Source of the DNA: Cellvibrionales bacterium UBA4451
Lineage (GTDB): Bacteria; Pseudomonadota; Gammaproteobacteria; Pseudomonadales; Porticoccaceae
Direction of reading: 5' to 3'
Assembly: GCA_002390285.1 (NCBI GenBank)
Contig: DGPB01000009.1
Location: 89,454 to 153,453, forward strand
Length of the DNA: 64,000 nucleotides
Position numbers and translations under genes: made by a program. Below, in pieces: positions 1-10,428 of the stretch (its first letter is position 1; every line of letters begins with the position of its first letter). The notes under the pieces are model-generated. The model did no database searches. It was not told the origin of the DNA and saw nothing but the letters and a program-made list of their open reading frames with translations.

Positions 1-173
1 TTGCTATCGCGAATACCGCAGGCTTGTACAGTACAACCTGGCGTCATGGCTTTGGGGTAAAAGTACAGTACGACATTTTTACTGCCTTTAAAATCAGACA
101 ACTTAACCGTTTCGCCACGTTGATTTTGTAAGTTGAATTCAGGTGCCGATTGGCCTACTTCGGGAAAAGCCAT
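1..173 (-). CDS. bcp: Thioredoxin-dependent thiol peroxidase (peroxiredoxin BCP), 5' part; runs off the window edge
   Basis: Not in ORF track. Manual translation from ATG at 173: [57 protein letters not shown], with the YFYPKxxTPGCTxQAC motif. AAGGAG RBS at 181-186. Confidence 0.92.
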   Translation of the reverse strand, partial: MAFPEVGQSAPEFNLQNQRGETVKLSDFKGSKNVVLYFYPKAMTPGCTVQACGIRDS

Positions 174-218
174 TCAAGGCCTCCTTGTTTTTACATGATA
201 GGAAAAACAGCCACTGTA

Positions 219-731
219 TCAAAAATTGACGCGATGAAATGAATATAGATTGGTTACCCTTAAATTCAGATGATTTTTAAGTGTGTCAGCTAACTCTAGG
301 CGGTCAGCCTTATTGAGGAATACACCCAGATGGTAGCAGTGGCCCTCAGCCACAAGGTTTATATCTGGCGATGTCATTGGGTGATCTTGCTCCTCAATTA
401 AAATTTTCACTGAAGACGTGGAAAATACCCAGCTGGTGTCCACTTTGTTGCTTCCTCTTTGAAGAAAAAGCTGGCCATCTTGTAGTGTAATAACTTCTCT
501 GTAATTCAGTTTTTTAAGGGTGGCGTAAAGGCCAGAAGTCAGCGCTAGTATTTGAATTACAGCGAAAGGTATAACAACCCAGCCTCCGAGCAATGCTATA
601 GGTAAAGCAAATAAAATAGTGACCATCGAGAAGACGAAAATGACCCACATGTTCCCCTCCCAGCTAAGTGACTGGTTAGGTGTTAGTACCACCTGACTTG
701 CGTGGTCGGTTTGGGTAAGTACAGCAACCAT
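219..731 (-). CDS. DUF2244-like integral membrane protein
   Basis: 170 aa; 'VVLTPNQSLS' N-terminal motif followed by two hydrophobic helices; C-terminal 'LGVFLNKADRLELA' resembles the family pattern. Confidence 0.65.
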   Translation of the reverse strand: MVAVLTQTDHASQVVLTPNQSLSWEGNMWVIFVFSMVTILFALPIALLGGWVVIPFAVIQILALTSGLYATLKKLNYREVITLQDGQLFLQRGSNKVDTSWVFSTSSVKILIEEQDHPMTSPDINLVAEGHCYHLGVFLNKADRLELADTLKNHLNLRVTNLYSFHRVNF

Positions 732-854
732 CTATAGCGACTCCTTGCAGAGGAACTATTAGCGCTCTTCATATTAGAGTCTAGACCATTTTAGTGATGA
801 TGCATTTGTTAATGCGGTTCTAGGGTTTACTCTGTATCTAAAAATAAACGTCAT

Positions 855-883
855 AAAAAAAGGCGCTCTAAGGGCGCCTTTTT
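855..883. terminator. Rho-independent terminator (bidirectional form) after mdh
   Basis: AAAAAAAGGCGC-TCTAAGG-GCGCCTTTTT. Confidence 0.8.
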
Positions 884-898
884 CGAAACATCTGAAGC

Positions 899-1879
899 TT
901 ACGGCAGTAAGTGCTGTACTGCATCACGCTCTTCAGTCAACTCTTGCTCAGTAGCGGTCATTTTGCTACGAGAGAAGTCGTTGATTTCCAAGCCTTGAAC
1001 AATTTCCCAGTCGCCATTTTTACAAACACAAGGGAAAGAGTAGATTAAGCCTTCAGTGATGCCATAACTACCATCGCTGTATACGCCCATGCTAACCCAA
1101 TCGCCTTCTGGCGTACCCAGTGCCCAATCGTGCATATGATCGATGGCAGCATTTGCAGCAGAAGCCGCTGAAGATGCACCGCGAGCCTTGATAATAGCGG
1201 CTCCACGTTGTTGTACGGTAGGAATGAATTCGTCTTCGTACCACTGCTGGTCAACCAAGTTGATAGCTATTTCGCCAGAAACCTTAGGATGGTGCAGGTC
1301 GGGGAACTGAGTGGCTGAATGGTTTCCCCAAACCAGCATGTTGGTCACATCATTAACCGTTTTACCTGTTTTCTTAGCCAGCTGAGTCATGGAGCGATTA
1401 TGATCCAGACGCATCATGGCAGTGAACTGACGTGGGTTGATGTCAGGTGCATTGCGCTGGGCGATAAGAGCGTTGGTATTGGCCGGGTTGCCCACAACCA
1501 ATACTTTAATATCTTTAGAAGCGTTGTCATTGATCGCCTTACCTTGGGCGGAGAAGATCGCAGCATTCGCTTCCAGCAAGTCCTTACGCTCCATGCCTGG
1601 GCCACGAGGACGTGCGCCAACGAGCAATGCGTAATCGGTATCTTTAAATGCAACATTGGGGTCATCGGTACAAACCATGCCGGCCAACAGAGGGAAAGCA
1701 CAATCATCCAGCTCCATAGCAACCCCATTTAGGGCTTCCAGTGCGGGTGTGATTTCCAACATTTGCAGAATAACGGGTTGATCTTCACCCAGCATATGGC
1801 CTGAGGCTATGCGAAACAGCAGGGAATAGCTGATTTGGCCTGCGGCCCCGGTGACAGTTACGCGTACAGGTGATTTCAC
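899..1879 (-). CDS. mdh: Malate dehydrogenase
   Basis: [34 protein letters not shown] and WGNHS motifs. Start moved to GTG at 1879, behind a GGAG RBS. Confidence 0.96.
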   Translation of the reverse strand: MKSPVRVTVTGAAGQISYSLLFRIASGHMLGEDQPVILQMLEITPALEALNGVAMELDDCAFPLLAGMVCTDDPNVAFKDTDYALLVGARPRGPGMERKDLLEANAAIFSAQGKAINDNASKDIKVLVVGNPANTNALIAQRNAPDINPRQFTAMMRLDHNRSMTQLAKKTGKTVNDVTNMLVWGNHSATQFPDLHHPKVSGEIAINLVDQQWYEDEFIPTVQQRGAAIIKARGASSAASAANAAIDHMHDWALGTPEGDWVSMGVYSDGSYGITEGLIYSFPCVCKNGDWEIVQGLEINDFSRSKMTATEQELTEERDAVQHLLP

Positions 1880-2083
1880 GATATTTCTCCAAGACAAGTT
1901 GATAACTAGAATGGTCGGCCATTATAAGGAAATGGCACAGAATTTCACTTATTCGAAAGTATTATTCACATCCATGTGGTGAATACAGGATTCCATTGGC
2001 TAGCGCTTACACCAAATGAACTAAATTTTCATTGAGATCAAATCAAAATGAAGCTGACACTGGCTTTCTTTCGGTAATATGAC

Positions 2084-2560
2084 TTATCTGTGTACTGATA
2101 TCCTATGCCCAGTCAAGATCTGGTCTACTGGCGTTGAAACATACGCGTAGTTGAAATAATCTGAGCTCATAACTTGTCCATCCCAGATGACAATGTCTAG
2201 GTCAATCGTACGAGGGCCTGATTTTATTGGCCCTCGCTTCCTTCCCAATCGATCTTCGACGGTTTTCAAAAAAGCATTGAATTCATCATGTTCAAGTTCC
2301 GTCTCAACGAGGTAGGCGGTGTTTAGAAAATCTGGTTGATGGGTGTAACCAACCGGTGTTGTTTCAATAACATCCGCAATAGCCAGTAACTGTGTTTCGT
2401 GATTCAGCACGTCTTGTGATAAAAGAATATTTTTATGTGGCTCGATATTTGAGCCCACAGAAATAATAACCTGGTGTGGCCCCTCCCCTTTAACCGGCTG
2501 TTCAACCCTTGTCTCAGAACTCTTCGTCCTAGAAGTCATCTTCAAAGAACGTATAGTCAT
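2084..2560 (-). CDS. folK: 2-amino-4-hydroxy-6-hydroxymethyldihydropteridine diphosphokinase
   Basis: ISVGSNI, ETTPVG...QPDFLN and GPRTIDLDI motifs. Confidence 0.9.
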   Translation of the reverse strand: MTIRSLKMTSRTKSSETRVEQPVKGEGPHQVIISVGSNIEPHKNILLSQDVLNHETQLLAIADVIETTPVGYTHQPDFLNTAYLVETELEHDEFNAFLKTVEDRLGRKRGPIKSGPRTIDLDIVIWDGQVMSSDYFNYAYVSTPVDQILTGHRISVHR

Positions 2561-3327
2561 AGCGCATTCTTACTGTTGAATTGCTCAGCATTGAGACCTT
2601 GGTGGTTTATCCCTTCGCCCCCATCGACGGTTAATATTTGTCCTGTAACAAATTCATTATTTAAAAGATAGTACATCGCCTGAAGCACGTCATCTACCCT
2701 GCCCTGACGTTTCAGTGGAATGCCATCAACTCGCCATTTTATATAGTCGTCACTTCTCTCTATCCCAGGCATAACCACACCGGGTGCGATCCCGTTAATA
2801 CGTATGCGTGGAGCATATTCCATGGCTGCGAGCTGGGTAAATTCTGCAAGCGTCTTCTTGGAGAGAAGGTAGGCTGCATAATCATTTTGCTGAAAAGCAA
2901 TTTTGTTATCCAGAATGTTGATAACACAGCCCTTCAAACAGTGAGCAGCAAATACTGACGTTAAAAGGAATGGTGCAAAAAAATTGACGGTAAATTGTTG
3001 TTGCAGTAAGGCAAGATCCGTATGGGCGATTGTCGCTGCTTTATAGGATGATGCACTATTAATTAATAATTGAAGAGTAGGAAACTCAATGGCAACAAGC
3101 TCAATCAAAGATTCGGGGTCTTGTTCCGACAAATCGAACGGAAAGATTTTACAGCTGACACCTAGCGCTTGTATAGATTCAGCAGCTTGCTCGGCTTTGC
3201 CTTTCGACTGGTTGTAATGTAAGGCAATATCATATCCGTCTGCTGCCAAGGCATAAGCAAAAGAAAACCCCAATCTTGTCGCTCCACCGGTAACAAGTGC
3301 TGCGGGTCTTTTTAACAAACTCGTCAT
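2557..3327 (-). CDS. SDR-family pteridine reductase (FolM/PTR1-like)
   Basis: TGGATRLG, HYNQS, INILD, YLLSK (YxxxK), NGIAPG and TGQILTVDGG; overlaps folK start. Confidence 0.8.
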   Translation of the reverse strand: MTSLLKRPAALVTGGATRLGFSFAYALAADGYDIALHYNQSKGKAEQAAESIQALGVSCKIFPFDLSEQDPESLIELVAIEFPTLQLLINSASSYKAATIAHTDLALLQQQFTVNFFAPFLLTSVFAAHCLKGCVINILDNKIAFQQNDYAAYLLSKKTLAEFTQLAAMEYAPRIRINGIAPGVVMPGIERSDDYIKWRVDGIPLKRQGRVDDVLQAMYYLLNNEFVTGQILTVDGGEGINHQGLNAEQFNSKNAL

Positions 3328-3361
3328 GTCATCAAACTCATCATTTCATCAAACTCGTCAT
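3316..3361. repeat. Three-copy 17-bp tandem repeat overlapping the SDR start codon
   Basis: caaactcgtcatgtcat / caaactcatcatttcat / caaactcgtcat. Confidence 0.85.
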
Positions 3362-3555
3362 CTTATGATCGTCTTGGGGTTAGTAAGGCACCCATAATTC
3401 CATTCTTCGCTAAAAGGATCAATGGTGAGTTACCAGTAACAAGTTGTACATGGTTTACTAGTGGTGTTTTGTATTTTTCACACAATAGTTTGAGTTTGAT
3501 GTCGAAAAATTGTATTTAAAGGCATGATTGTAGGTTATTTGACCGTAATTTCTGC

Positions 3556-3582
3556 GAACATCTGTGGCTTGGAGCGGTCATA
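3556..3582 (+). promoter_or_regulatory. Putative sigmaE/AlgU-type promoter of prc
   Basis: GAACAT-N16-TCATA versus consensus GAACTT-N16-TCnnA. Confidence 0.4.
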
Positions 3583-3641
3583 TAACGTATGAAGTTTGTT
3601 ACACTTCGTGCCTCATACACTAACCTGATATTGAAAAACTG

Positions 3642-5732
3642 ATGCCTTTCCTGCTGCGAACTTCTCTCTCTCTAGTACTGTTATGTATTGCCTCATTGGT
3701 TATGGCAACCGCTGAGCTTGACTACACCCCTAGTCAAGCAAAAACCGCAATAGAAGTAATAAAAGATCTCTCCACCAAGCACTATAGAAAACAACCTCTG
3801 GACGATATGTTGTCACGTAAGCTGTTATACCAGCTGATCGATAACCTGGACCCCACGAAAAGCTACTTTCTGCAAGCCGATATCGATGAATTTGAGCAAT
3901 GGGAAGTTCGCCTTGATGATATGTTTAAGGAAGGTGATTTAAGTGCTGGATTTCATATCTATAACCGCTATAACCAACGTGCGATGGCACGGCTTCAGGC
4001 TAATATCAGCTTATTAGAAGGCGGTTTTCAGTTTGATCTGGCTAAGGACGAATATCTTCCACTTGATGTGGATAGTAACCAATGGTCTGCTACCAATTCT
4101 GACTCGGATGATGATTGGCGGAAACGTATAAAAGAAGCTTATCTCCGTCTGATTCTCAATGACAAGGAGCCTGAAGCGGCTAGAGAACTACTCATAAAGC
4201 GTTATACCAATCTGATTAAACAACTAACACAACGCGATAGTGAGGATGTATTCCAGGTTGTTATGAACTCTCTTACTAGCTTGTATGATCCGCACACGAG
4301 CTATATGTCGCCTCGTTCCATGGAAAACTTTCGTATTGCGATGTCCCTGTCTCTCACTGGTATTGGGGCTGTACTGCAGCTGGAAGATGAACACACGAAA
4401 ATAGTTCGTGTCGTTCCTGGCGGCCCTGCGGATAAACAGGGTGTACTCCAAGCTGGCGATAAGATTATTGCGGTTGGCCAGGGCGATGAAGAAAAAGTCG
4501 ATGTCATCGGTTGGCGCCTGGATGATGTCGTTGATCTCATTCGTGGCCCCAAAGACAGTATCGTAAGACTTGAGCTTATCCCCGCCAAAGGTGAATCTGC
4601 TGGAAGTAGTCGTGATATTTCGCTTGTTCGTGACAAAATTCAGCTCGAGGAGCAATCCGCAAAAGCTGAAATTATAGATGTTAAAACCAAAGAAGGTCGT
4701 TACCGTATAGGCGTAATTGAGATCCCGACTTTCTATCTTGATGTGGATGCCTACTACAATCGCGATCCAAATTTTAAGAGCACAACTAAGGATGTGTTAC
4801 GGCTGTTAGGTGAGCTAGAACAAGAGAACGTGAATGGCATCATTCTTGATCTACGAAATAATGGTGGAGGCTTTTTACAAGAGGCGACCACTCTGACTGA
4901 TTTATTCATTGATCCTGGTCCCATTGTGCAGGTGCGAGATTCTGGTCAAGTTATATCTCGGAACTACCGGTCTCGTGCAGAGGCATACTATCGAGGCCCT
5001 CTGGTGGTGTTAATTAATCGTCTTAGCGCCTCTGCCTCAGAAATTTTTGCTGGTGCAATACAAGATTACGGACGTGGTTTAGTGGTAGGTAGTCAAAGTT
5101 TTGGTAAAGGCACTGTACAGGTTCAGTTACCCGTTCGTGAAGGGCAGTTAAAGCTCACTGAATCTAAATTTTACAGGGTTTCCGGTAACAGTACCCAGCA
5201 CTTAGGCGTTGTTCCCGATGTCACCTTACCCTCCTACTACAACATCGATAAGGTAGGTGAAAGTAGTGAAGATAACGCCTTACCTTGGGACCGGATTCCT
5301 GCAGCGCCCCACCGCCGCTATAACCTAACGCTTGTTTCTATGCAGACTCTACAAGAGCGACACGAATACCGACTGCAACAGGATCCTGACCTAGTTCACC
5401 TAAATGATGAGTTAGTGCTAATGAAGGAGCGTCAAAAACTGAAGCAGTTATCTCTTAATGAGGAGAAACGTCGTGTAGAAGTTAAGGAATATGACGGCAT
5501 ACTGCTAACGCTTGAAAATAAACGGCGGGTAGCGAAAGCTCAGCCTCCTTACGCCACCATTGAAGAATTACGCGCCGTTGATGAAACTGAGGACGGGAGT
5601 AAAGAAAAGAGTGAAGAAGAAAAGAGTAAGCCTCTTTCTGAGCGCGACCCTCTTCTTTATGAAACCGGGAATATCATTTCAGACTATATGACTTTAGCAA
5701 AACCCCCTATGCAGCAGGCCAAACAACCCTAA
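3642..5732 (+). CDS. prc: Carboxy-terminal processing protease (Prc/Tsp, S41)
   Basis: Signal peptide, DPHTSY, PDZ region [35 protein letters not shown]. Confidence 0.95.
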   Translation: MPFLLRTSLSLVLLCIASLVMATAELDYTPSQAKTAIEVIKDLSTKHYRKQPLDDMLSRKLLYQLIDNLDPTKSYFLQADIDEFEQWEVRLDDMFKEGDLSAGFHIYNRYNQRAMARLQANISLLEGGFQFDLAKDEYLPLDVDSNQWSATNSDSDDDWRKRIKEAYLRLILNDKEPEAARELLIKRYTNLIKQLTQRDSEDVFQVVMNSLTSLYDPHTSYMSPRSMENFRIAMSLSLTGIGAVLQLEDEHTKIVRVVPGGPADKQGVLQAGDKIIAVGQGDEEKVDVIGWRLDDVVDLIRGPKDSIVRLELIPAKGESAGSSRDISLVRDKIQLEEQSAKAEIIDVKTKEGRYRIGVIEIPTFYLDVDAYYNRDPNFKSTTKDVLRLLGELEQENVNGIILDLRNNGGGFLQEATTLTDLFIDPGPIVQVRDSGQVISRNYRSRAEAYYRGPLVVLINRLSASASEIFAGAIQDYGRGLVVGSQSFGKGTVQVQLPVREGQLKLTESKFYRVSGNSTQHLGVVPDVTLPSYYNIDKVGESSEDNALPWDRIPAAPHRRYNLTLVSMQTLQERHEYRLQQDPDLVHLNDELVLMKERQKLKQLSLNEEKRRVEVKEYDGILLTLENKRRVAKAQPPYATIEELRAVDETEDGSKEKSEEEKSKPLSERDPLLYETGNIISDYMTLAKPPMQQAKQP

Positions 5733-5733
5733 G

Positions 5734-6546
5734 ATGAAGATCGTCTCCTTCAATGCCAATGGTCTTCGCGCTCGTCTGCACCAGCTTAAAGCTATTGTAG
5801 AAAAACATTCCCCTGAGATTATTGGTCTACAGGAAACTAAGGTAGTTGATGAGGCGTTTCCTCTCGATGCTATTAAGCAGCTTGGATACGATGTCATCTA
5901 TCACGGACAAAAGGGTCACTATGGTGTTGCCCTGCTCTACCGCTTACCTCTTATTATGAGCCAAAAGGGATTCCATTCAGATGGAGAGGAAAGCCAAAAG
6001 AGGCTTATTTATGGGCAGTTCGAGGCTAATGGCGAAAAATTAAATATCTACAATGGCTATTTTCCTCAAGGCGAAAGTCGAGACCACCCTCAGAAATTTC
6101 CCTGTAAAAAACAGTTTTATGCAGATTTACTATCGAGCTTAGAGCAACAACACGAACCTGACGAGAAGCTGTTGATCATGGGTGATGTGAATGTGGCTCG
6201 ACTGGATATAGATATTGGTATTGGAGATGACAATCGTAAGCGTTGGCTTCGCACGGGTAAGTGCTGCTTCCTACCAGAAGAACGCGATTGGCTTGAAAAG
6301 CTTCAGCAATGGGGGTTAGTCGACAGTTATCAACATTTTCACCCTACTGAGCCCGATCGATACAGTTGGTTCGACTACCGTAGCCGTGGGTTCGAACGAG
6401 AACCTAAACGTGGGCTTCGTATTGACCTTATGCTCGCCTCTGCGTCACTCATGGCGACTTCGTCGGATGCGGGGATAGATTATGAGATTCGAGCCATGGA
6501 AAAACCCTCTGATCATTGCCCTATCTGGCTCAAAATATATTCATAG
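5734..6546 (+). CDS. xthA: Exodeoxyribonuclease III
   Basis: [41 protein letters not shown] and SDHCP motifs; starts 1 nt after the prc stop. Confidence 0.95.
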   Translation: MKIVSFNANGLRARLHQLKAIVEKHSPEIIGLQETKVVDEAFPLDAIKQLGYDVIYHGQKGHYGVALLYRLPLIMSQKGFHSDGEESQKRLIYGQFEANGEKLNIYNGYFPQGESRDHPQKFPCKKQFYADLLSSLEQQHEPDEKLLIMGDVNVARLDIDIGIGDDNRKRWLRTGKCCFLPEERDWLEKLQQWGLVDSYQHFHPTEPDRYSWFDYRSRGFEREPKRGLRIDLMLASASLMATSSDAGIDYEIRAMEKPSDHCPIWLKIYS

Positions 6547-6634
6547 TTAGCGCCATAAAGATAACCTCATCCGTCAACCGATGCCTCGCTAGAACGTTTA
6601 AAGTCTATGAGAGCCATAAATTGAGGGACTTCTT

Positions 6635-7000
6635 ATGAAAAATCTCGCTATTGTTGGATTACTGACGGCATCACTGGTCATAGCAGCAGCACCAGCTTTG
6701 GCCAAAGATCGTGATTACGGTCAAGATAAGCACCGTGATAAATACAGTGCTCGCCAACAGCACGACTATGGCAAGCATGACAACCAAAGCCATGATCGTA
6801 GGTATTACTCTAGTCATAAATATGGACATAAGAGTCGCGAGCACTATAGCAATCATCACCGCTACTATGGTAACCAGCGCTATTATAGCCGTCAGCGCTA
6901 TTATTATCGGAACAATGACTATGTGGAGGACTATTTTGCAGTTTTGGGCGGCACCATTCTGATTAATGAATTGTTGCACCATTCGCATGATTATCATTAA
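6635..7000 (+). CDS. Secreted His/Tyr/Arg-rich low-complexity protein
   Basis: GAGGG RBS, Sec signal peptide (ALA/K), 13 His and 17 Tyr in the mature part; first gene upstream of the ECF sigma factor. Confidence 0.75.
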   Translation: MKNLAIVGLLTASLVIAAAPALAKDRDYGQDKHRDKYSARQQHDYGKHDNQSHDRRYYSSHKYGHKSREHYSNHHRYYGNQRYYSRQRYYYRNNDYVEDYFAVLGGTILINELLHHSHDYH

Positions 7001-7017
7001 CTCTTGATGAGTGAACC

Positions 7018-7626
7018 ATGTTGTTAGATATGCATAGTGATATGACCGGCACTGATGAAAGGAGCGAGACTCTGGAACGGCAATCTCTTGAACATTTCTT
7101 GATATCGGTCGAACGAAGGGCCTATAGAATCGCTTTGACATCACTGGGCCACCGCGAAGATGCGCTGGATATCGTGCAAGAATCAATGACGCAACTTGTT
7201 GCACGTTATAGCCATAAGGATTCGGAAGAATGGCGTCCCCTGTTTTACCGAATTCTACAGAGTAGAATTAACGATCTGCATCGGCGTAGAAAAGTTCAGA
7301 ATCGAGTGAAAGGCTGGCTCACCAAATTTCGGAGCAATGAGGGTGGTGCTGAGTCAGATGAAGATCCGCTACAAAATGTACCGGGACCAGACAGTATCTC
7401 CCCACATCAGCAGCACGAAATGGGACGGCAACTGGATGTGTTACAACGGTCGCTGACTGCGCTGCCAGGCCGTCAGAAACAGGCGTTTATACTACGGTGC
7501 TGGGAGGGCCTCAGCACGGCAGAGACAGCAGCGGCAATGACCTGTAGCGAAGGTAGTGTGAAGACCCATTACTCGAGGGCTATACACAGCCTCAGAGCAA
7601 CACTAGGAGAGCATTGGTATGAGTGA
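7018..7626 (+). CDS. ECF RNA polymerase sigma factor
   Basis: Region 2 'DALDIVQE...LFYRIL'; region 4 'LPGRQKQAFILRCWEGLSTAETA...GSVKTHYSRA'. Confidence 0.92.
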   Translation: MLLDMHSDMTGTDERSETLERQSLEHFLISVERRAYRIALTSLGHREDALDIVQESMTQLVARYSHKDSEEWRPLFYRILQSRINDLHRRRKVQNRVKGWLTKFRSNEGGAESDEDPLQNVPGPDSISPHQQHEMGRQLDVLQRSLTALPGRQKQAFILRCWEGLSTAETAAAMTCSEGSVKTHYSRAIHSLRATLGEHWYE

Positions 7627-7939
7627 CTTTGAAAAGACAATGCAGGACGTTCTGCGTAGTTCAGAGCGCGAACTCGATGCCGACACGACTCAACGCTTGG
7701 CTCAGGCGAGAATGCAAGCCCTTGATGGCGCTAGTCAACGTCGTATGCCTCGATTCTTTGTTCCACTGACAGGTATGGCTCTGGCCTCAGTATTGGCATT
7801 GGTCTTGGTTTTATCGCCCAGTCTGCAAAATCCTCAAATGAACCAAGATGACGTTCTATTGAGTGAAGGGTTAGATCTCTATGAGGATATGGACTTTTAT
7901 TATTGGTTGGCGAGCGAAGAGAACAATTTACAAAGTTAG
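7619..7939 (+). CDS. Putative single-pass anti-sigma factor (DUF3619-like)
   Basis: Overlaps sigma stop; 'RLAQARMQAL', one TM helix, C-terminal 'DMDFYYWL'. Confidence 0.7.
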   Translation: MSDFEKTMQDVLRSSERELDADTTQRLAQARMQALDGASQRRMPRFFVPLTGMALASVLALVLVLSPSLQNPQMNQDDVLLSEGLDLYEDMDFYYWLASEENNLQS

Positions 7940-7948
7940 GATGTAATC

Positions 7949-8431
7949 ATGATTCGCATAAGCACTCAACGCATCACGTGGCTCAGTCTGTTATTGATAT
8001 CAATAATAGTCTTTGCATCAACTGCGATGGCAGATAAGGGGCAGCAGACATGGTTCGACTCCTCTAGAGGGGATCGAGAGAGATTGTCTCCCTGGGAATA
8101 CTCACAGAGTGATATTCACGCCAATAGGCGTGACAACGCCATAAAACTTGCCGATAAGAGTGGTGAATCTGGAGGCAACTATTCCAATAGTAATCGCCAT
8201 AAACGCTATGAAGAGTTAACACCGGAGCAACGTGAGAAATTACAAAAACGTCGTGAGCATTTTAAGTCGTTACCACCAGAAGAGCGTGAACGTATTCAAA
8301 AGGCGCGAGATAAATTCCATAGTATGCCGGCAGAAGAACGTCAGAAACTGAAGGATAAATGGCGCTTAATGACGCCAGAAGAAAGGAAAAGAGCTAAAAA
8401 ACACAGGAAAAATAAGGATCACAATGATTGA
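7949..8431 (+). CDS. DUF3106-like periplasmic protein
   Basis: Signal peptide; about four helical repeats of (Y/F/W)xx(L/M)(T/P)(P/A)E(Q/E)R. Confidence 0.7.
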   Translation: MIRISTQRITWLSLLLISIIVFASTAMADKGQQTWFDSSRGDRERLSPWEYSQSDIHANRRDNAIKLADKSGESGGNYSNSNRHKRYEELTPEQREKLQKRREHFKSLPPEERERIQKARDKFHSMPAEERQKLKDKWRLMTPEERKRAKKHRKNKDHND

Positions 8432-8444
8432 CCTGAAAAAAATG

Positions 8445-8481
8445 AATAAAAAAACCGGCCTAAATGGCCGGTTTTTTTATT
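8445..8481. terminator. Bidirectional Rho-independent terminator
   Basis: AATAAAAAAACCGGCC-TAAAT-GGCCGGTTTTTTTATT. Confidence 0.9.
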
Positions 8482-8488
8482 GGCTAAA

Positions 8489-9418
8489 TCAGAGTTTAGT
8501 ATTTAATTCAGGTATCACATCGAATAAATCGGCAACTAAACCGTAGTCTGCCACCTGAAAGATGGGTGCTTCTTCATCCTTGTTAATTGCCACTATCACT
8601 TTACTGTCTTTCATCCCTGCCAAATGTTGAATTGCACCCGAAATACCTACTGCAATATATAAGTCAGGAGCCACAATTTTACCCGTTTGACCCACTTGCA
8701 TATCGTTGGGAACAAAACCAGCGTCCACTGCAGCCCGCGATGCTCCTACAGCGCCTCCTAGTTTATCAGCGAGATTTTCAAGTAGTTTGAAGTTTTCCCT
8801 GCTGACCATACCGCGACCACCAGCAACCACAACACGTGCGGCGGTAAGCTCAGGTCGCTCAGAGACGGCAAGCTCTTCACTAATAAAGGTAGACGTACCT
8901 GAGTCATGAATACTTGTCAGTGTTTCAATACTGGCCGTACCCCCTTCAGCTGAAACTGCTTCAAAGGCCGTCGTTCTTACGGTCAAAACCTTAATCGAAT
9001 CACTACTTTGAACTGTGGCAATGATGTTGCCTGCATAAATAGGTCGTTTAAACGTATCGGGACTTTCGACGCTACTGATATCGGAGATTGCTTGAACATC
9101 CAGCAGTGCAGCAACGCGTGGTGTGATGTTTTTTCCTGTGGTTGTTGCTGGAGCTAGTATATGGGAGTAATTAGTAGCAACTTCAGCGACTAAAGGCGCA
9201 ATATTTTCAGCTAATCTATGCTCATAAGCTGGGTTGTCGGCCACAAGCACTTTTCCTATCCCGGGGATTTTAGCGGCTTTATTAGCTGCGCCACTACAGC
9301 CTGAGCCCGCAATTAATAGATCAATATCGCCACCTATGGCCTGAGCAGCAGCAACGGTACAAAGTGTTGCTGGTTTCAGACTGCTATTATCATGCTCAGC
9401 AAGTACCAGAATGCTCAT
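8489..9418 (-). CDS. etfA: Electron transfer flavoprotein alpha subunit
   Basis: [17 protein letters not shown] and [17 protein letters not shown] motifs. Confidence 0.97.
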   Translation of the reverse strand: MSILVLAEHDNSSLKPATLCTVAAAQAIGGDIDLLIAGSGCSGAANKAAKIPGIGKVLVADNPAYEHRLAENIAPLVAEVATNYSHILAPATTTGKNITPRVAALLDVQAISDISSVESPDTFKRPIYAGNIIATVQSSDSIKVLTVRTTAFEAVSAEGGTASIETLTSIHDSGTSTFISEELAVSERPELTAARVVVAGGRGMVSRENFKLLENLADKLGGAVGASRAAVDAGFVPNDMQVGQTGKIVAPDLYIAVGISGAIQHLAGMKDSKVIVAINKDEEAPIFQVADYGLVADLFDVIPELNTKL

Positions 9419-10167
9419 CAGATCACCTTCGCTTCGTTTTTCAGTTTATCCAGTAGGTCATCGACACTTATCACTTTAATACCAGCAGCTCGTTCAGCGG
9501 GTGATTCGACCTTCAGTGTGGTGACTCGAGGTGTTGTATCGACACCAAGTTCTTCAGGCGTCGTCGTTTCCATTGGTTTTTTCTTGGCCTTCATAATGTT
9601 CGGCAAAGAGGCATAGCGTGGCTCGTTGAGGCGTAAGTCTGTCGTCACGATAGCGGGAAGACGGAGACCAACTGTTTGCAGACCGCCATCAATTTCACGC
9701 GTTACATTAGCATTAGCGCCATCGATGATTAACTCTGATGCGAATGTGCCCTGCGGATAACCGGTCAATGCACCGAGCATCTGTCCAGTCTGATTGTTAT
9801 CGCCATCAATGGATTGTTTGCCCATGAGGATAAGGTCAGGATTTTCCTGATCACAAATAGCTTTTAGACACTTGGCGATCGCGAGTGGCTCAAGATCAGT
9901 ATCGGACGCGATAAAAATACCTCGATCAGCCCCCAATGCTAGAGATGTACGGATCTGTTCTTGTGCCTTCTGAGGGCCAATGGAAACGACGACGACTTCC
10001 GTAGTTGAATCTTTTTCTTTAAGGCGTACTGCCTCTTCAACAGCAATTTCACAAAATGGGTTAATCGACATTTTTACATTGTTCAGGTCAACACCCGAGC
10101 CATCGGCTTTTGGTCTTACCTTGACGTTGTAGTCGACAACGCGTTTGACCGCTACAAGTACTTTCAT
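9418..10167 (-). CDS. etfB: Electron transfer flavoprotein beta subunit
   Basis: [25 protein letters not shown] and [13 protein letters not shown] motifs. Confidence 0.97.
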   Translation of the reverse strand: MKVLVAVKRVVDYNVKVRPKADGSGVDLNNVKMSINPFCEIAVEEAVRLKEKDSTTEVVVVSIGPQKAQEQIRTSLALGADRGIFIASDTDLEPLAIAKCLKAICDQENPDLILMGKQSIDGDNNQTGQMLGALTGYPQGTFASELIIDGANANVTREIDGGLQTVGLRLPAIVTTDLRLNEPRYASLPNIMKAKKKPMETTTPEELGVDTTPRVTTLKVESPAERAAGIKVISVDDLLDKLKNEAKVI

Positions 10168-10428
10168 GGAATACCCTTTGATCTTGGTCAGTTATTTGGA
10201 GAGGCTGAATTGGGATAAGTAGAACACCCTTATGACCCCGGGAAGGGCGTAATCATGCCGCCCTGACGCTGCCAAATCAAGGTAACTGCACGTTTTATCT
10301 ACATCTAATTTTGACCCATGAGTACCGCCTAGTGAGTTGAGAAAACCACATAGCACCCTAAGGTTAGAAAGGCTAAAATCAGCGCTTTCAGACATCTTCA
10401 TAAAAACAAGAGCCCGAAGGAGAATTCC

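Noticed and set aside
6671-7204. 177-aa hydrophobic antisense ORF
   Set aside because: Shadow of the His/Tyr-rich gene and the sigma factor; the hydrophobic bias follows from complementary codons.
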